The position numbers and the translations under genes were made by a program. The notes below the pieces were generated by a model. That model made no database searches. It was not told the origin of the DNA and saw only the letters and a list, made by a program, of their open reading frames with translations. Positions 9,401 to 21,935 of a stretch of 64,000 bases of DNA are shown here, piece by piece (within the stretch, counting starts at the first letter, position 1; every line of letters starts with the position of its first letter). The stretch is from the NCBI RefSeq assembly GCF_018350175.1, contig NC_058373.1, positions 35,836,001-35,900,000 on the forward strand, written 5' to 3'. This stretch comes from Felis catus (taxonomy: Eukaryota).

Positions 9401-11834
9401 ACGCAGGGGGAGCACAGGACATTTACGTGAGATGGGGCCACACGCACCCCTCCAGGCCATGCCGGGCCCAGCCAGGGTGGAACAGGGCAGGAACTGAGCG
9501 GGCCGGAGGAGGACACTTTGACAGCAAAGTGGGGGAGCGGAATGGATGACAGCAAGGTCTGTTATCCCTCTCCCACCCCCGAGGAACCACCCTGACGCCC
9601 CATCTCCTTCCCCAGGCATGTTCCCCGCCCCCCCCCATCTCTCTCCTCTTTTCCCAGAGCAGTTCCCAGGCTGTAGCCACCGATAGAGGTGTTAAAGGAC
9701 CCACAGCCACCTGTGTCCCCAGGCCTCGCCTCCAGGAGCGAATTGCTAAAGCTACAATTTCCCCCGCACACAGCAGGTTGGGAAGGCAGCCACTTTGTGG
9801 CCAGAGGACCTTCCTGGCCTCCCACAGGGCATCCCGGCCACTCTCCCAGCAGCTGCCCGGTGGACCCAGAGCCCCGATTCTCAATAGGGTAAGGTGATGA
9901 CATGGGCACCTTTGGAAAGACACATTCAACTTTCATATTCATACAACAGAAACTGAAAACCCAGTGCTTTCATAACGCAAACCTCAAAAAGCAAGCCAAC
10001 AACATTTCCTTGTTGGTGAGGCTTCTGGAAACAAAACAGAGATGTTCCAACGGGGGAGAAACCCCTGGCGGGGGGGCGGGGGGGAGTCTTTCAGAATCAA
10101 AGTGGGTGAGATGTTTATGTTTTTCAAAAGGTTAAATGATATTGGAAGGCAGTGACCGAGTGAGGCCCACCCTCGCTTTCCCCCAGGTCGGAATTTGATT
10201 CTGTTATGAATGCACTCCTCCAGCCCACGCCCGTGAGGGGCCACACACACCTCGGAAGACCTGAGGAGCCCCCGTCATCCATCTGGAGGCAAATTCTTGG
10301 CAAGGAGCAGCCGGGAGAGACTTCACACAAGTCCCTGAACCTCTCAAGAAGAATCTACAGCAGCAGAGGGATTTTCCCCAGGAGAGCAAATGACAACACA
10401 GCGCCTGTTTGTTTTCGATGCAGGAAGGAGCCAGAACATCTGCTCCAAGAAGCCACTTGAAAGATAATCAGGCAGCAGTGTTGGCAAAACAGCTGTGTGG
10501 CAGGCAGGGAAGGGGGTGGCCAGGAGTAGGGAGGGGAGGGGAGGGGGAAGGAGGGAAGCTCAGCCCAGAGCTAGGAGCAGCCACCCACCCAGGAACCCTG
10601 CCGCCTACTGGGAAAACCCCTGGCCCAGCCCTGGCCCTGCCCACCGAGCTCAGGGGGGACCTTCCGCCCTGCTGAGAGCAGCTCACGTGGGGACCCCGCT
10701 CTGCCGAGAGCCCCCGATTGTCCTCATGGAGAAACACGGGGATTGTTCCAGGTTTCCCAAGGATCCAACTCAATTTCTAGGATGGGACGGACAACGTCGA
10801 ATGTTTCCTACATCTGTGATCCTGGAAAGCAGTGAGGGTGAAGGAAACCCCACCTTCGCCCCCTTTTTGTTCCAGAAAAGGCCATTGCAGTTCCCCAGCA
10901 TCCTTCCCCATGTGACTTAGACGAGACTCACTATGCCCCCTTGTTAGCTGGCCACAGAGCAGACACAGATCCTCCGACTTCCCATTCTTTGTCTTCCAAG
11001 TGATGAGCTGTACTGTTTTGTCCCGACTGGTCAAATGGAACACAGGGCTTAGTAACGAAACAGTTCGAGTTCTTCTCGTTTGCCCACACCCCGGATTTGA
11101 AGCCTCCTCAGCCAGAACACAACCCTTCCTGAATGCCTTTCTGCTGGACTCAGGGAAAAGCATTCTCTTGTCCCCTGTGCCTTCAGGTCAAGTCCCTCCT
11201 GACTGAAGTCTTCGGTTGCTCTTTATCGACAGGATTTGAAGGTCCTCTGGATCACCTCCTGCAGGCCAGCTTGCCCGGTGCCTGAAGTGATGTCACAAGA
11301 TTAAGAGCTGAAATGAAACTCCGAAGACTCAGGGTTCTGTCTGCCACTCACCCAGGGGACACAGAAGCAAATCACTACTCAATATGCACATCTTGGGAAT
11401 AGAGCTCGGCAGGGTTTGGTTTGACAAACATTAGGGACAGGGCCAGGTAGGGTAGGGGGTCCCTCAGCCCCCGTGCCTGCTCCCTTTTCTTTCCAAAAAA
11501 TGTTAAAGTAGCCCGCAGAAAGGCAATAAAAGGTGACCAGAGAAACAAAAAACAGAGACAAGAAACAGAGGACAAAAGGCTAAATTACAAACTTAAACTT
11601 TGACGGAGCGATAATTCAATTAAATGCAAATGGTCTGTGTACATCAGTTAAAGGACAACGATTAGCAGAGTGAACTAAGAGTTATCACCCGACCAAACGT
11701 GGCTACAACACATGCACTTCAAATGTGGTGTAGGCAGGTTGAAAGCAACAGAAAGGAAAAAGATAATCATGCAAACACTAATCAAAGGAAAACAAGAGTA
11801 GCTATATGAGCAGTCAGTTAAAGCAGGCTTCAGA

Positions 11835-12048
11835 GGGGCGCCTGGGTGGCGCAGTCGGTTAAGCGTCCGACTTCAGCCAGGTCACGATCGCGCGGTCCGT
11901 GAGTTCGAGCCCCGCGTCGGGCGGTCCGTGAGTTCGAGCCCCGCGTCGGGCTCTGGGCTGATGGCTCAGAGCCTGGAGCCTGTTTCCGATTCTGTGTCTC
12001 CCTCTCTCTCTGCCCCTCCCCCGTTCATGCTCTGTCTCTCTCTGTCCC
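11835..12048 (+). mobile_element. Young SINEC_Fc with a 29-bp internal duplication, running into the gap
   Basis: Canonical head. GCGGTCCGTGAGTTCGAGCCCCGCGTCGG occurs twice (11892-11920 and 11921-11949). Confidence 0.95.
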
Positions 12049-12185
12049 NNNNNNNNNNNNNNNNNNNNNNNNNNNNNNNNNNNNNNNNNNNNNNNNNNNN
12101 NNNNNNNNNNNNNNNNNNNNNNNNNNNNNNNNNNNNNNNNNNNNNNNNNNNNNNNNNNNNNNNNNNNNNNNNNNNNNNNNNNNNN
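12049..12185. other. Assembly gap
   Basis: Run of N. Confidence 1.
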
Positions 12186-12925
12186 AATGTGACTTCATCA
12201 AGCGACAATGATGCAAAATATGCGAAGCAGAAGCTGCTAGAACTAAAAGGAGAAATAGTCATCTCCACAATGATAATTAGAGACTTAAATATCCCTCTCA
12301 ACAATTTTTACACAACTAGACAGAAAATAAGCAAGGATATAAAAGAACTCACCACATCAACCATCAGGTTCTCATCAACTTTTATAGAACATTCCACCCA
12401 ACAATAGTAAATTATACACTATTTTCAAGTGCCCACAGAACATACACCAATACTAAAACAGATGATTTCCCAGGGTATAGAACAATCCTCAAGTCTAAAA
12501 ACAATTGAAATCGTGCAGAGTGTGTTCTCCAACCACAATGGAATCAAATGAGAAATTAGTAACAGAAAGATCTCCAAACACTTTAAACCAACCCATGGGT
12601 CAAAGAGGAAGTCTCAAGGGAAATTTAAAAGCACGGTGAACTGAACGAAAATGAAAATAGAACGTATCACAATTTGTGGAACACAGCTAATGCCAAGCTG
12701 AAAAGGGAAATTTATAGCACTAAGTGCACACATTAGAAAAGAGGAAAAATTTCAAATCACTCATCTAAGCTCCTGCCTTAGAACCTCAAGAAAGAAGAGC
12801 AAAATAAACCCAAAGCAGAACAAAGGAAACAAAGATAGGAGTAAACCTGATGAAAATGAAAACAGAAAAATGGAGAAAATTGATGAAACACAGAGGTGGT
12901 TCTTTAAAAAGATCAATAGAATTGA

Positions 12926-13147
12926 GGGGCGCCTGGGTGGCGCAGTCGGTTAAGCGTCCGACTTCAGCCAGGTCACGATCTCGCGGTCCGGGAGTTCGAG
13001 CCCCGCGTCGGGCTCTGGGCTGATGGCTCGGAGCCTGGAGCCTGTTTCCGATTCTCTGTCTCCCTCTCTCTCTGCCCCTCCCCCGTTCATGCTCTGTCTC
13101 TCTCTGTCCCAAAAATAAATAAACGTTGAAAAAAAAAATTTAAAAAA
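12926..13147 (+). mobile_element. Young SINEC_Fc
   Basis: Perfect 20-bp TSD AAAAAGATCAATAGAATTGA at 12906-12925 and 13148-13167. CpGs are intact. Confidence 0.97.
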
Positions 13148-15420
13148 AAAAAGATCAATAGAATTGACAAATTTCTAGAAAAGCTTACAAAGAAGAAAAA
13201 GAAAAAAACATAAATCACCAATATCAGAAATGAAAAAAAGGATACCACTACAGACCCTGCAGACATCAAAAGCATAGTAAGGAACACTACAAGTCTACAC
13301 ACATAAATTTGACAACTTAGATGAAATGGGCTAATTCCTTTAACAATACAAACTACCATAATTCATTCAATATTTAATAGATCATTTGAATAGTCCTACA
13401 ATCTGTAATTATTTGAGAAAACTGAATTCATGATTTTAAAAATTCCAAAAAAGAAATCTCCAGACCCAGATGGGTTTACAGGAGAATTTTAGTAAATGTT
13501 CAAAGAAGAATTGACACGAATTCTACACAATTTCTTCTGGAAAAAAAAAAAAGAAAGAGGAGGGAACTTTCCTATTCTTTTATGAAACACTTCCAAAATA
13601 CCAAAATAGACAAAGATACAATTACCCTTTATGAATACGGATGTAAACATCGCAAACAAAATATTAGTCAAATAGAATTCAGCAACAAGTAAAAGGAATT
13701 ATACACCATGATCAAATGTGGTTTATTCCAGAGTGCACACTGGCTCAGTATTTGAAAGTGAATCAATGTAGTCAACCTTATTAACAGATGAATAAGAAAA
13801 GTTACATGATCATATAATTTGATGCAGAAAAAGGATTTGATGAAATTCAACAACAGTGAAAAATAAGAATAGAACGGTAACTTCCTCAGTTTGATGAAAA
13901 GCATTTACAAAACACCTTTGGTTAACATACCTAATGGTGAAAGATTGAATCCTTTCCCTGTAAGACTGAGAACAGGCAAGGTTATCTGTGCTCACCACTC
14001 TTACTCAACACAGCTCTGAAAGCTTTAGCCAGTGCAATAACACAAGAAAAAGGAAATAAAAAGCAGACAAATAAAAACTGCCTCTCTGTACAAACAACAT
14101 GATTGTTTACATAGAAAGTCTCGAGGACTCTATAAAACCAACCAATAAGAAAACCTTCCAGTGCTAATCAGTGCCCTAGTGTCACAGGATACAAGATAAA
14201 TATACAAAAACTATTACACGTCTATGTACTAGCAATGAACACATAGACACCAGAATTAGAAATACAATACCACTTACAGTTGCTCTCCCAAAATGGGATA
14301 CTTGGAGTGTAAACATAATAAAACATACACGGGAGTTACGTGCTGAAAAAGCTGTACACTGTGAGTGAAAGCAATCAAAGATCTAAATAAATGGAGAAAC
14401 ATACGGTATTCATGAATAGGAAGGCTCACCATAGAAATATTGCCAATTCTTCCAAACTGATTACAGATTTAACATAATTCCTAATTCGAAATCACAGCAA
14501 GATTTTTTGTAGACAACATTATTCTAAAATTTATAGGGAAAGACAAAAAAAAAACCCACAAAAGTAGCTAAGACAGTTTTTTAAAAAGAATAAAGTGGAA
14601 GGAATCAGACTTCAGATGTATATGGCCACTGTAATCAACACTGAATAGTTATGGTGGAGGGAGAGCCACACAGATCCATAGAACAGATCAGAGAATCCAG
14701 AAACAGACCCACACGGATATGCGCAACCGATTTTGATAAGAAAGCAAAAGCAGTTCGATGCAGTAAAGGTAGCCTTTTCGAGAGCTGGTGTTGGAGCAGC
14801 TGGTCGCCCTTAGGCTTGCTGGAGTAGCCTCTAGATTCTCCGGTGTATTTACAGAATCTGGATAATGCACGAAGCAAAAAAGAATGTAAGAAGTCCAAGA
14901 GGATTAAGTTGCCCTACAACATTAAGGGGCAGAAGGAAGAAGCGGGATGAAGGAGAGAGACACAGAAAAGCCTGGTGTTGAAGAGTGTCGATGGAACACC
15001 GCGAAATGTGTGTAGATGGGGAGAGGCCATGGAGCCGCTACAGGGCTACGAGGATGGAAGGAGACACAACAGGATTTTAAGGAGACTCATAAAGTGGCTC
15101 TCCTTTAACGCCCTGTAAGAGATCCGGTAAAGATTGAAGTCCGTTTTATTTTTCTAGGCTGTATTTGTAATGTGACGGCACGGTGAGACAGGACCCTGTG
15201 GGCCTCGACCTTCTACTAGAGTTACACGCTCTTCACGTTTCTTTCTCCTTCAGTCGAGGAGCCATGGACAACATGGGCAACACCCCTCCAGGCTGGACCT
15301 AGACCCTTACACCCACCCACCTGCAAATCACGCTCCCACTCACCTCTTCCCGGTCCATTAGGGTGGCACATAGACATCCAGTTGGCAGTGGGGAGCCCTT
15401 TCTTTGAAATATTAGGGAAA

Positions 15421-15584
15421 GGGGTGCCTGGGTGTGGCTGAGTCAGTTAAGCATCTGACTCTTGGTTTGGGCTCAGGTCATGATCTCACAGTTCACGGAT
15501 TCAAGCCCCGTATCAGACTCTGGGCTGACAGAGCCTGCTTGGGATACTCTCTCCCTTTTTCTCTGCCCCTCCCCCTACTCATTT

Positions 15585-15621
<37 letters not shown>

Positions 15622-15634
15622 AAAATAAGTAAAT
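15421..15634 (+). mobile_element. Can-SINE (older subfamily), first of a triplet
   Basis: Head GGGGTGCCTGGGTG, GACTCTTGGTTTGGGCTCAGG, CT tract and A-rich tail. Confidence 0.92.
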
Positions 15635-15635
15635 A

Positions 15636-15846
15636 GGGCCCCTGGGTGGCTCAGTCAGTTAAGCGTCTGACTCTGTTTTGGCTCAGGTCATGATCTCATA
15701 GTTTGTGAGTTCAAGCCCCACGTGGGGCTCCGTGCTGACAGCTCAGAGCCTGCTTAAGATTCTCTCTCTCCCTCTCTCTCTGTCCCTCCCCCTCTCACTC
15801 TCTCTGTCTCTCTCTCAAAAATAAATAAACAAAATTTAAAAATTTT
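15636..15846 (+). mobile_element. Can-SINE, second of a triplet
   Basis: Head, B box, CT tract and tail. Confidence 0.92.
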
Positions 15847-15847
15847 A

Positions 15848-16079
15848 GGGGCGCCTGGGTGGCTCAGTCAGTTAAGCATCCGACTTCAGCTCAGGTCATG
15901 GTCATGCGGTCTGTGAGTTCGAGCCCCATGCCGGGCTCTGTGCTGACAGCTCGGAGCCGGGAGCCTGCTTCCGATTCTGTGTCTCCTTCTCTCTCTGCAT
16001 CTCCTCCACTCTCACTCTCTCTTTCTCTCTCTCTCTCTCAAAAGTAAATAAGCATTTAAAAAATTTTTTAAACTTTAAA
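15848..16079 (+). mobile_element. Can-SINE, third of a triplet
   Basis: Head, B box, CT tract and tail. Confidence 0.92.
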
Positions 16080-17379
16080 AAATGTTAGGGATTAAAAAGT
16101 GACCAAAGAGTGCTTTAGGCAGGCCAGTTGGGTAGTGATGTGCAGAATATGTTGATGAGGGAAGAGCTCAAGCGCCTGTCCAAGCTGTCACCCTGGCACA
16201 GAGTATGTTCTCAGTAAATATTTGATTGGCCCAAGAGTCACCTAACGTGGGCTAGAATGAAGGCGACAGAAACGGAAAGGAATTGACAGAACCGAATGTG
16301 GGGCCCTTGGAGGGGACATGACCGTGAGATCTCAGGCACTGGAGACCGGAGAGACCTTGGACTGCAATAAGGGGGGAGACCAGGAGTGGACGGATGACCA
16401 CAGGGTGGGATCCTCTGAGCATGTGGCGCTGTTCAGCTGTCCGAATAAAGCTGTCCAGCGGGTAGTGAACATGGCATTCTGGGGTCCAAGATGCAGCACG
16501 GTGAGGGGGGATCCTTCCCACCAAGGTGACCTCTGGAGCAATGGAAGCAGAATGAGAAAGGGCCTGGTAAACCACACAGCCCCCTTTGCTCTCTGTGAAG
16601 GAGAAGTTTCTAGTCCTGGACCCATGTCCTTCTAACACCCATACCCCCTCTTTCAGCCCCTCCTCTCCCCAGGGGAACAAGGCACCCAGGGGGCCAAATA
16701 CAAATGTTCCTCACGATGACGTCTGTGCCCGACTGCCAAGCTTCCTGACTCTCCTGCACCTGGATACCCCAGCCGTCCACCGCCACCCTTCCCCACTCCT
16801 TTCCCTCCCTGGGTTCTCCCCCTCCTCCGTTGTCCTCTCTGCTCTCTGCTGCCTGCACCCTCCCGCCTCACCCCCATCTCTGTTCTCGCCTTTCAGCGGC
16901 TCTCCGCTCCTGCCCGTCCTCCCCTTCTGCTCTCTCTGTGCTCACACAAACCAGCACATGTGAATCTTAAGAGACCAAGAACTAACTCAGGGAGACTCAT
17001 GGAAAGGGCCCTACCTGACTGGCGTCCGCGGGCCTCCTTGGCCACCTTCGGCGGGTGATATATTACAGAAATACATTAAGGGGCCGTCCCGCTGACAGCA
17101 AGCTAAGGTGCTATGTCAAGGTAGCAGCCCTGGGATGATGTACGGCCCCCATAGATCAGGACACCATCGCTCTCATTGCACTCCAGCACCGCATGTCAGA
17201 GCGCCGCGGGGGCGTGATGGACGGTGGGGATCCATCACCGGCCGGCCGGCCATTCCCAGAACAACACTCATATCCAGAGGTGATTTAGGGGCAGCGCTGG
17301 GATACCTCCCAAGATGCACACACAGCAAAAGTGGACTCTTTTCTTTGTACTGAGAGGAGTTCAGGGAGAGAAACACTTG

Positions 17380-17600
17380 TAGAGTGTAGCTCCAAGGTCA
17401 AGGGTTTGAGAACCAGACAGAGCCGGGTTCAAATCCTGGCTCCTCCACCGAAAAGCTGTGGGACCTTTGGGCCCGTTTTCCTCCCTCCCTGAGGTCATTG
17501 CCTTGTGTATAACATGGAGGTCATAATACTATCCTCCCAGGATTTAAGGGAAGCTCAAATTAAATAATACAGGTAAAACACACAGCGCAGAGCCAGGTCC
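17380..17600 (+). mobile_element. MIR
   Basis: AACCAGACAGAGCCGGGTTCAAATCCTGGCTCCTCCAC..AGCTGTGGGACCTTTGGGC..AAATTAAATAATAC. Confidence 0.8.
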
Positions 17601-18214
17601 CGGGCCCTGGGAACACCACCCGGACCTGTCCAGTGGGCACACAGCAGGAGCTGCAAGCCGCAGCCTCCCACATATTCTCTTCCTTCACCTTTTACCTTTT
17701 ACCTTCACCTCCCTCCCTGATGGCTCCGCAGCCCGTGGAGGAGGTCCTGAGGACCCCCGCTCAAGTCAGCCACCCAGCCCGTGTTTCAGGATTGCCCACC
17801 AATCCTCTCCCCATTCATTCTCCATTCAGTCAATAGGTGTTGAGCACCCACTAGGCGCCAGACCCTGTTCTGGGCACGGGGGACACAGAGTGAATGAAAC
17901 AGATGAAAACACCTGCCATCACGTGTCAATATCATCAAGTCCTTCCATCAGGTAACCCGTCTGTGTAGGGGCAGTAGCCTTGCCGGAAGGCCCTGGGAGC
18001 CCGGCCTTGACCCATACAGACTAGATGACTGTGACTTTTACCTGTGCAAAGAGAATGGTGCCCTCATGACAGCTTTCAAGGGGACCATAGCTATTCCCTC
18101 AGCGGGTCCTAAGTGGCTGAAGCCCAGACGTGGATGGTGAGTTACCTAAGGTCACACAAGGAGCATGAGGGTGAATCAAGGCTGGAACTCAACCATCTCA
18201 GAACTTTCAAGTTT

Positions 18215-18440
18215 GGGGCGCCTGGGCGGCTCGGTCGGTTAAGCAGCTGACTCTTGATTTCAGCTCAGCTCTTGATCTCACGGTTTGCGGGTTCGAGACC
18301 CGAGTCGGCCTCCGCACTGGCAGTGTGGGGCCTGCTTGCGATTCTCTCTCCCTCGTCTCTCCGTCCCCACCCACCCTGCTCACACTTGCATGCTCCCTCT
18401 CTCTCTCTTAAAATAAATAAATAAGCTTAAAAAAAAAAAA
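18215..18440 (+). mobile_element. Can-SINE (older subfamily)
   Basis: Head, boxes and tail. Degenerate TSD AGAACTTTCAAGTTT / AGAATTTTAAAGCTT. Confidence 0.92.
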
Positions 18441-18756
18441 AGAATTTTAAAGCTTACCTTTAGATCCCAATGCACACCAGGCGAATTCCCCGTTTCACAG
18501 GTAGAGGAGCCGCTTGATTCGTACTCTTAGGAAAATTCAGCCTCCCTGGAGAGAGAAGATACAGGTGCATGAAGAATTAGAACTTACATCACGTTTGCAT
18601 GGGGTACTTCCTTCATCCTCACAGGGCCCCGAGAGGCAAGCATTGTGATCCCATTTTATAGGTGGGAGGACTGAGGGCAGGAAATCCAGTAACAGACCAT
18701 GTCACTCCTGCCTCTTCCCCACACCACATCCAGAGGAGTAGAAACCTGAGATTCGC

Positions 18757-18810
18757 CACACACACACATGCACACACACACACACAAACGCACACACACA
18801 CACACACACA
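18757..18810. repeat. (CA)n microsatellite, imperfect
   Basis: Read directly from the sequence. Confidence 0.95.
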
Positions 18811-18888
18811 GCTTTAACATTCCATGGTAAGCATATTCCCATATTATTAAATACTTTTTGATATATGCCTTTAAAAATGTATTCTCCT

Positions 18889-19359
18889 GGGGCACCCGGG
18901 TGGCTCAGTCGGTTGAGCGTCCCACTTCGGCTCAGGCCATGATCTCGCAGTTTGTGGGTTCGAGCCCCGCATTGGGCTCTGTGCTGACAGCACAGAGGCT
19001 GGAGCCCGCTTCGAGTTCTGTGTCTCTCCCTCTCTCTGCCCCTCCCCCACTTGTGCTCTGTCTCTCTCTGTCTCTCAAAAATAAAAAAATGTAGGGGCGC
19101 CTGGGTGGCACAGTCGGTTAAGCGTCCGACTTCAGCCAGGTCACGATCTCGCGGTCCATGAGTTAGAGCCCCGCGTCGGGCTCTGGGCTGATGGCTCGGA
19201 GCCTGGAGCCTGTTTCCGATTCTGTGTCTCCCTCTCTCTCTGCCCCTCCCCCGTTCATGCTCTGTCTCTCTCTGTCCCAAAAATAAATAAACGTTGAAAA
19301 AAAAAATTTTTTTTAAAATAAAAAATAAAAAATAAAAAAATGTAAAAAAAAATTTTTTT
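18889..19359 (+). mobile_element. Can-SINE with a younger SINE nested in its tail
   Basis: Outer TSD AATGTATTCTCC at 18876-18887 and 19360-19371. Confidence 0.93.
19094..19327 (+). mobile_element. Young SINEC_Fc (nested)
   Basis: Inner TSD AAAAATAAAAAAATGTA at 19077-19093 and 19328-19344. Confidence 0.95.
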
Positions 19360-19371
19360 AATGTATTCTCC

Positions 19372-21000
19372 AACAGAAATACACACTATTTTATCAAGGC
19401 TTTGTTGCCATACGTCGTAATTATTTCTAATATTCAGATCTGATAAATAATATCGTGATGAATATTCTGATACCGTCTCCGCGGTTTCCTTCCAATAGAT
19501 GGCGAGAAATAACACCGGTGAGTCAAAACTGCGAAAACTGTTGAAATTCTTCCACGCAGATTGCTGCCAATTTATGTTCCCATTTCGTCACATGGTCACT
19601 AACATTTCTGCAACTGCCCTCAGCAGCAGCAGCAATCTTAACAATTGGGCAGGTAAAAAAAAAAAAAATGGAATCTTGCCTTATTATGCATTTCTTTGCC
19701 CAATAGTAAAATTAAAATTTTTTCATACGTTAGCCCTTTGTATGTCTTATTTTGTGAATGTTCTTTGCCAATTTTTCTACTGGGATGTTAGGCCTTTTTT
19801 TTTTTTTTTTTTTTAGGCTTTCTGAAAGCTCTTTGTATACTAAGGCCATTAACCTTTTGCCATATCTGTTTTTCCAAATATTTTTCTCAGTTTGTCATTT
19901 CCTTTTTTTATTTTTGTACTTTCTTTTTTAATATATAGGTGGAGTTTGGGGTAGGCAATTGCTTTAGTCATTTCTCCAATTGTTTCTAAGCTTAAATAGG
20001 TGTCACCCCCACACTAATTTAAGGGATTTTTTTTAATGTTTATTTATTTTTGAAAGAGAGAGAGAGGGTGTGTGAGCAGGAGAGGGGCAGAGAGAGAAGG
20101 AGACACAGAATCCGAAGCAAACTCCAGGCTCTGAGCTGTCAGCGCAGAGCCCAATGCGGGGCTCGATCGAGCTCACGGACCTCGAGATCATGACCTGAGC
20201 CGAAGTCGGATGCTCAACCGACTGAGCCACCCAGGCGCCCCGCCCCCATACTAATTTAAATGTCCACTTATGTTTTCTTCTATCGTTATGGGGCTTCTTT
20301 TGTCTAATGCTATAATGACCTGAAATTTCCTTTAGAAAAAGGTTAAGATCTACAGTGATTATCTCCCAAGTAGCCCATTTCCTCAACACCAGTTGTCGAT
20401 CTGACCCTTTCCTATTCATTTGTAATGCTTCCGTCTATCTCGTGTTGCTTTTCTACCCATAGTCAAGTTGGTTTTACAGTTATCAGTTATGTGCTATTGA
20501 TGCCGGCTGGTCCAGGAGCCAACATCATGCTGTACAACCGGCGTACCTTTAAAATATGATTGAATATTGTTAAAGCAAATCGCTTCTCAGGTTCTTAAGA
20601 AGACTTCAGCTATTTTGAGGTTGCCATTCTTTCAGACTCATTTCAGAGCTGTCTTTTCAAATTACCAAAAGTTTCCATTGAGATTCTTATTGGGGTTTTG
20701 CCAGATCCACGTACTAATTCAGGGAAGAAGAACGTCTTTTCGTTGTTCCTTTTTCCCAGTCAAAACCCGGGTGCATTCTCCACTTACTCAAAAGTTTTCT
20801 TACGCCGAACTAATAAAGTTGTGTGGCTTTCTTCATGAAAGTTTCACATAATCCTCAGTGAGAGTCATTCAGAGGTAGATCGTGGTTTTGTTTGCTTCTA
20901 TCTTCAACCTGGTCATGGTGGGTATGTGAGGAATTGAGTTTTGTGTATTTATCCTGTGTATCAGGGAGGAGAATATACTCAGTAGCAATGTTCCCAGGGA
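19372..21000 (-). mobile_element. Very old L1 (L1ME-like) fragment, antisense
   Basis: T-rich antisense L1 text: TTTGTATGTCTTATTTTGTGAATGTTCTTTGCCAATTTTTCTACTGGG, AGCTCTTTGTATACTAAGGCCATTAACCTTTTG, CTCAACACCAGTTGTCGA. Confidence 0.75.
20026..20241 (-). mobile_element. Can-SINE
   Basis: Antisense SINE with near-TSD CCCCCA(C/T)ACTAATTTAA on both sides. Confidence 0.95.
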
Positions 21001-21804
21001 TTATTCACAGGAACATTGATAAGAGCAGAAGAGCCGTGATCTCCAGGGACCCAGTCCATCCCTCACTGTGGGCGTGGGGACGACCCACAGGCACAGGGAG
21101 GCCTGGCTCTCAGGTCTTCCAGCAAACTCTAAAGTGCTGTACGCACACCTTATTCTGCCTTTTAACCTCGGCGTGAGGCCAAAAGAAGCTGCTGGTGGAT
21201 CAGGCTCTTTCTGTGTGTGAGCAGGGACCAAGGCCACGCTGCTGGCCAGCAGAGCCCGTATCCACACTGAGGCTGCCTGTGTCCCTCCCTGGCCGCCCTC
21301 AAACCACACACGCTGAGAACAAGGAGAGACAAGGATCATGGAATGCGTGGGCCGGCCAGAGACTTGCTCCTGGGAAGGGCTGCAGGCAGGAAAGGCTTCC
21401 ACCCTTGGGCACTACCTGCGGTGGAAATGTTGGGTGCCTACCTGGGCCCAGCCCTCTGCTCCCGCCCACACCCCCTTTGGACCGTGGAACTTTTGCATCT
21501 GCATTTTGCTGAAGCGCACATTTATACACTCTGATGAAAGAGTCTATTGGGCAGAGGAAGTGGAAAACTTGGGGCCTGATTCACACTTACCAATACTCAG
21601 AAAGTCCCCAAAACAGCCCCCGTGATGGGGATCTACCCAACACCCCCCCAGCTTCCCCAGCTGCCTTGTGATGGACGTCCCAGTTTGCTAATGGTGGCCA
21701 CATGGAAGGTACGGCCACAGGGAGCCCTGTGGAACAGCCCTTCTTACTGCAGCCATAAAGGCTCATATTTCAACAGAGACTTGGATCCCAGATGTCAGCT
21801 ACAC

Positions 21805-21935
21805 CACAGGTTTTCAAGTGCTTTTTGAGCAATGGAAATCTTTTTCTAATTAGAAACCCTCATGAAACCCCAGTCTTCAGAACAGATATAAGTGGAACTG
21901 TCTTCAGTTGGATTGGGGTAAAACGCCTTGAATGC
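21805..21935 (-). mobile_element. MER103C-like hAT-Charlie fragment
   Basis: GGTTTTCAAG..TTTTTCTAATTAGAAACCCTCATGAAACCCCAG..AACAGATATAAGTGGAACTG matches the recalled consensus. Confidence 0.6.

Larger units (their letters stand above)
11540..14810 (+). mobile_element. Old L1 (L1M) ORF2 remnant from endonuclease through RT, decayed, with no 3' UTR
   Basis: LNANGL..VKGQRLAE near 11620 (endonuclease start); KQKLLELKGEI..TMIIRDLNIPL (ORF track); KSPDPDGFTGEF near 13455; LPLCTNNMIVYIE at 14078 (decayed FADDM motif); WCWSSW near 14790. Confidence 0.92.

Noticed and set aside
14915-15010. Faint resemblance to the BovB/RTE 3' end (ATTAAGGGGCAGAAGGAAGAAGCGGGATGA..AGCCTGGTGTTG)
   Set aside because: Short and purine-rich, and the expected intervening segment is missing. 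Not supportable without an HMM search.
18702-19373. 223-aa minus-strand ORF, and the many recurring MAQSV.../...ETEHERGRG... ORFs
   Set aside because: These are translations of Can-SINEs and microsatellites.
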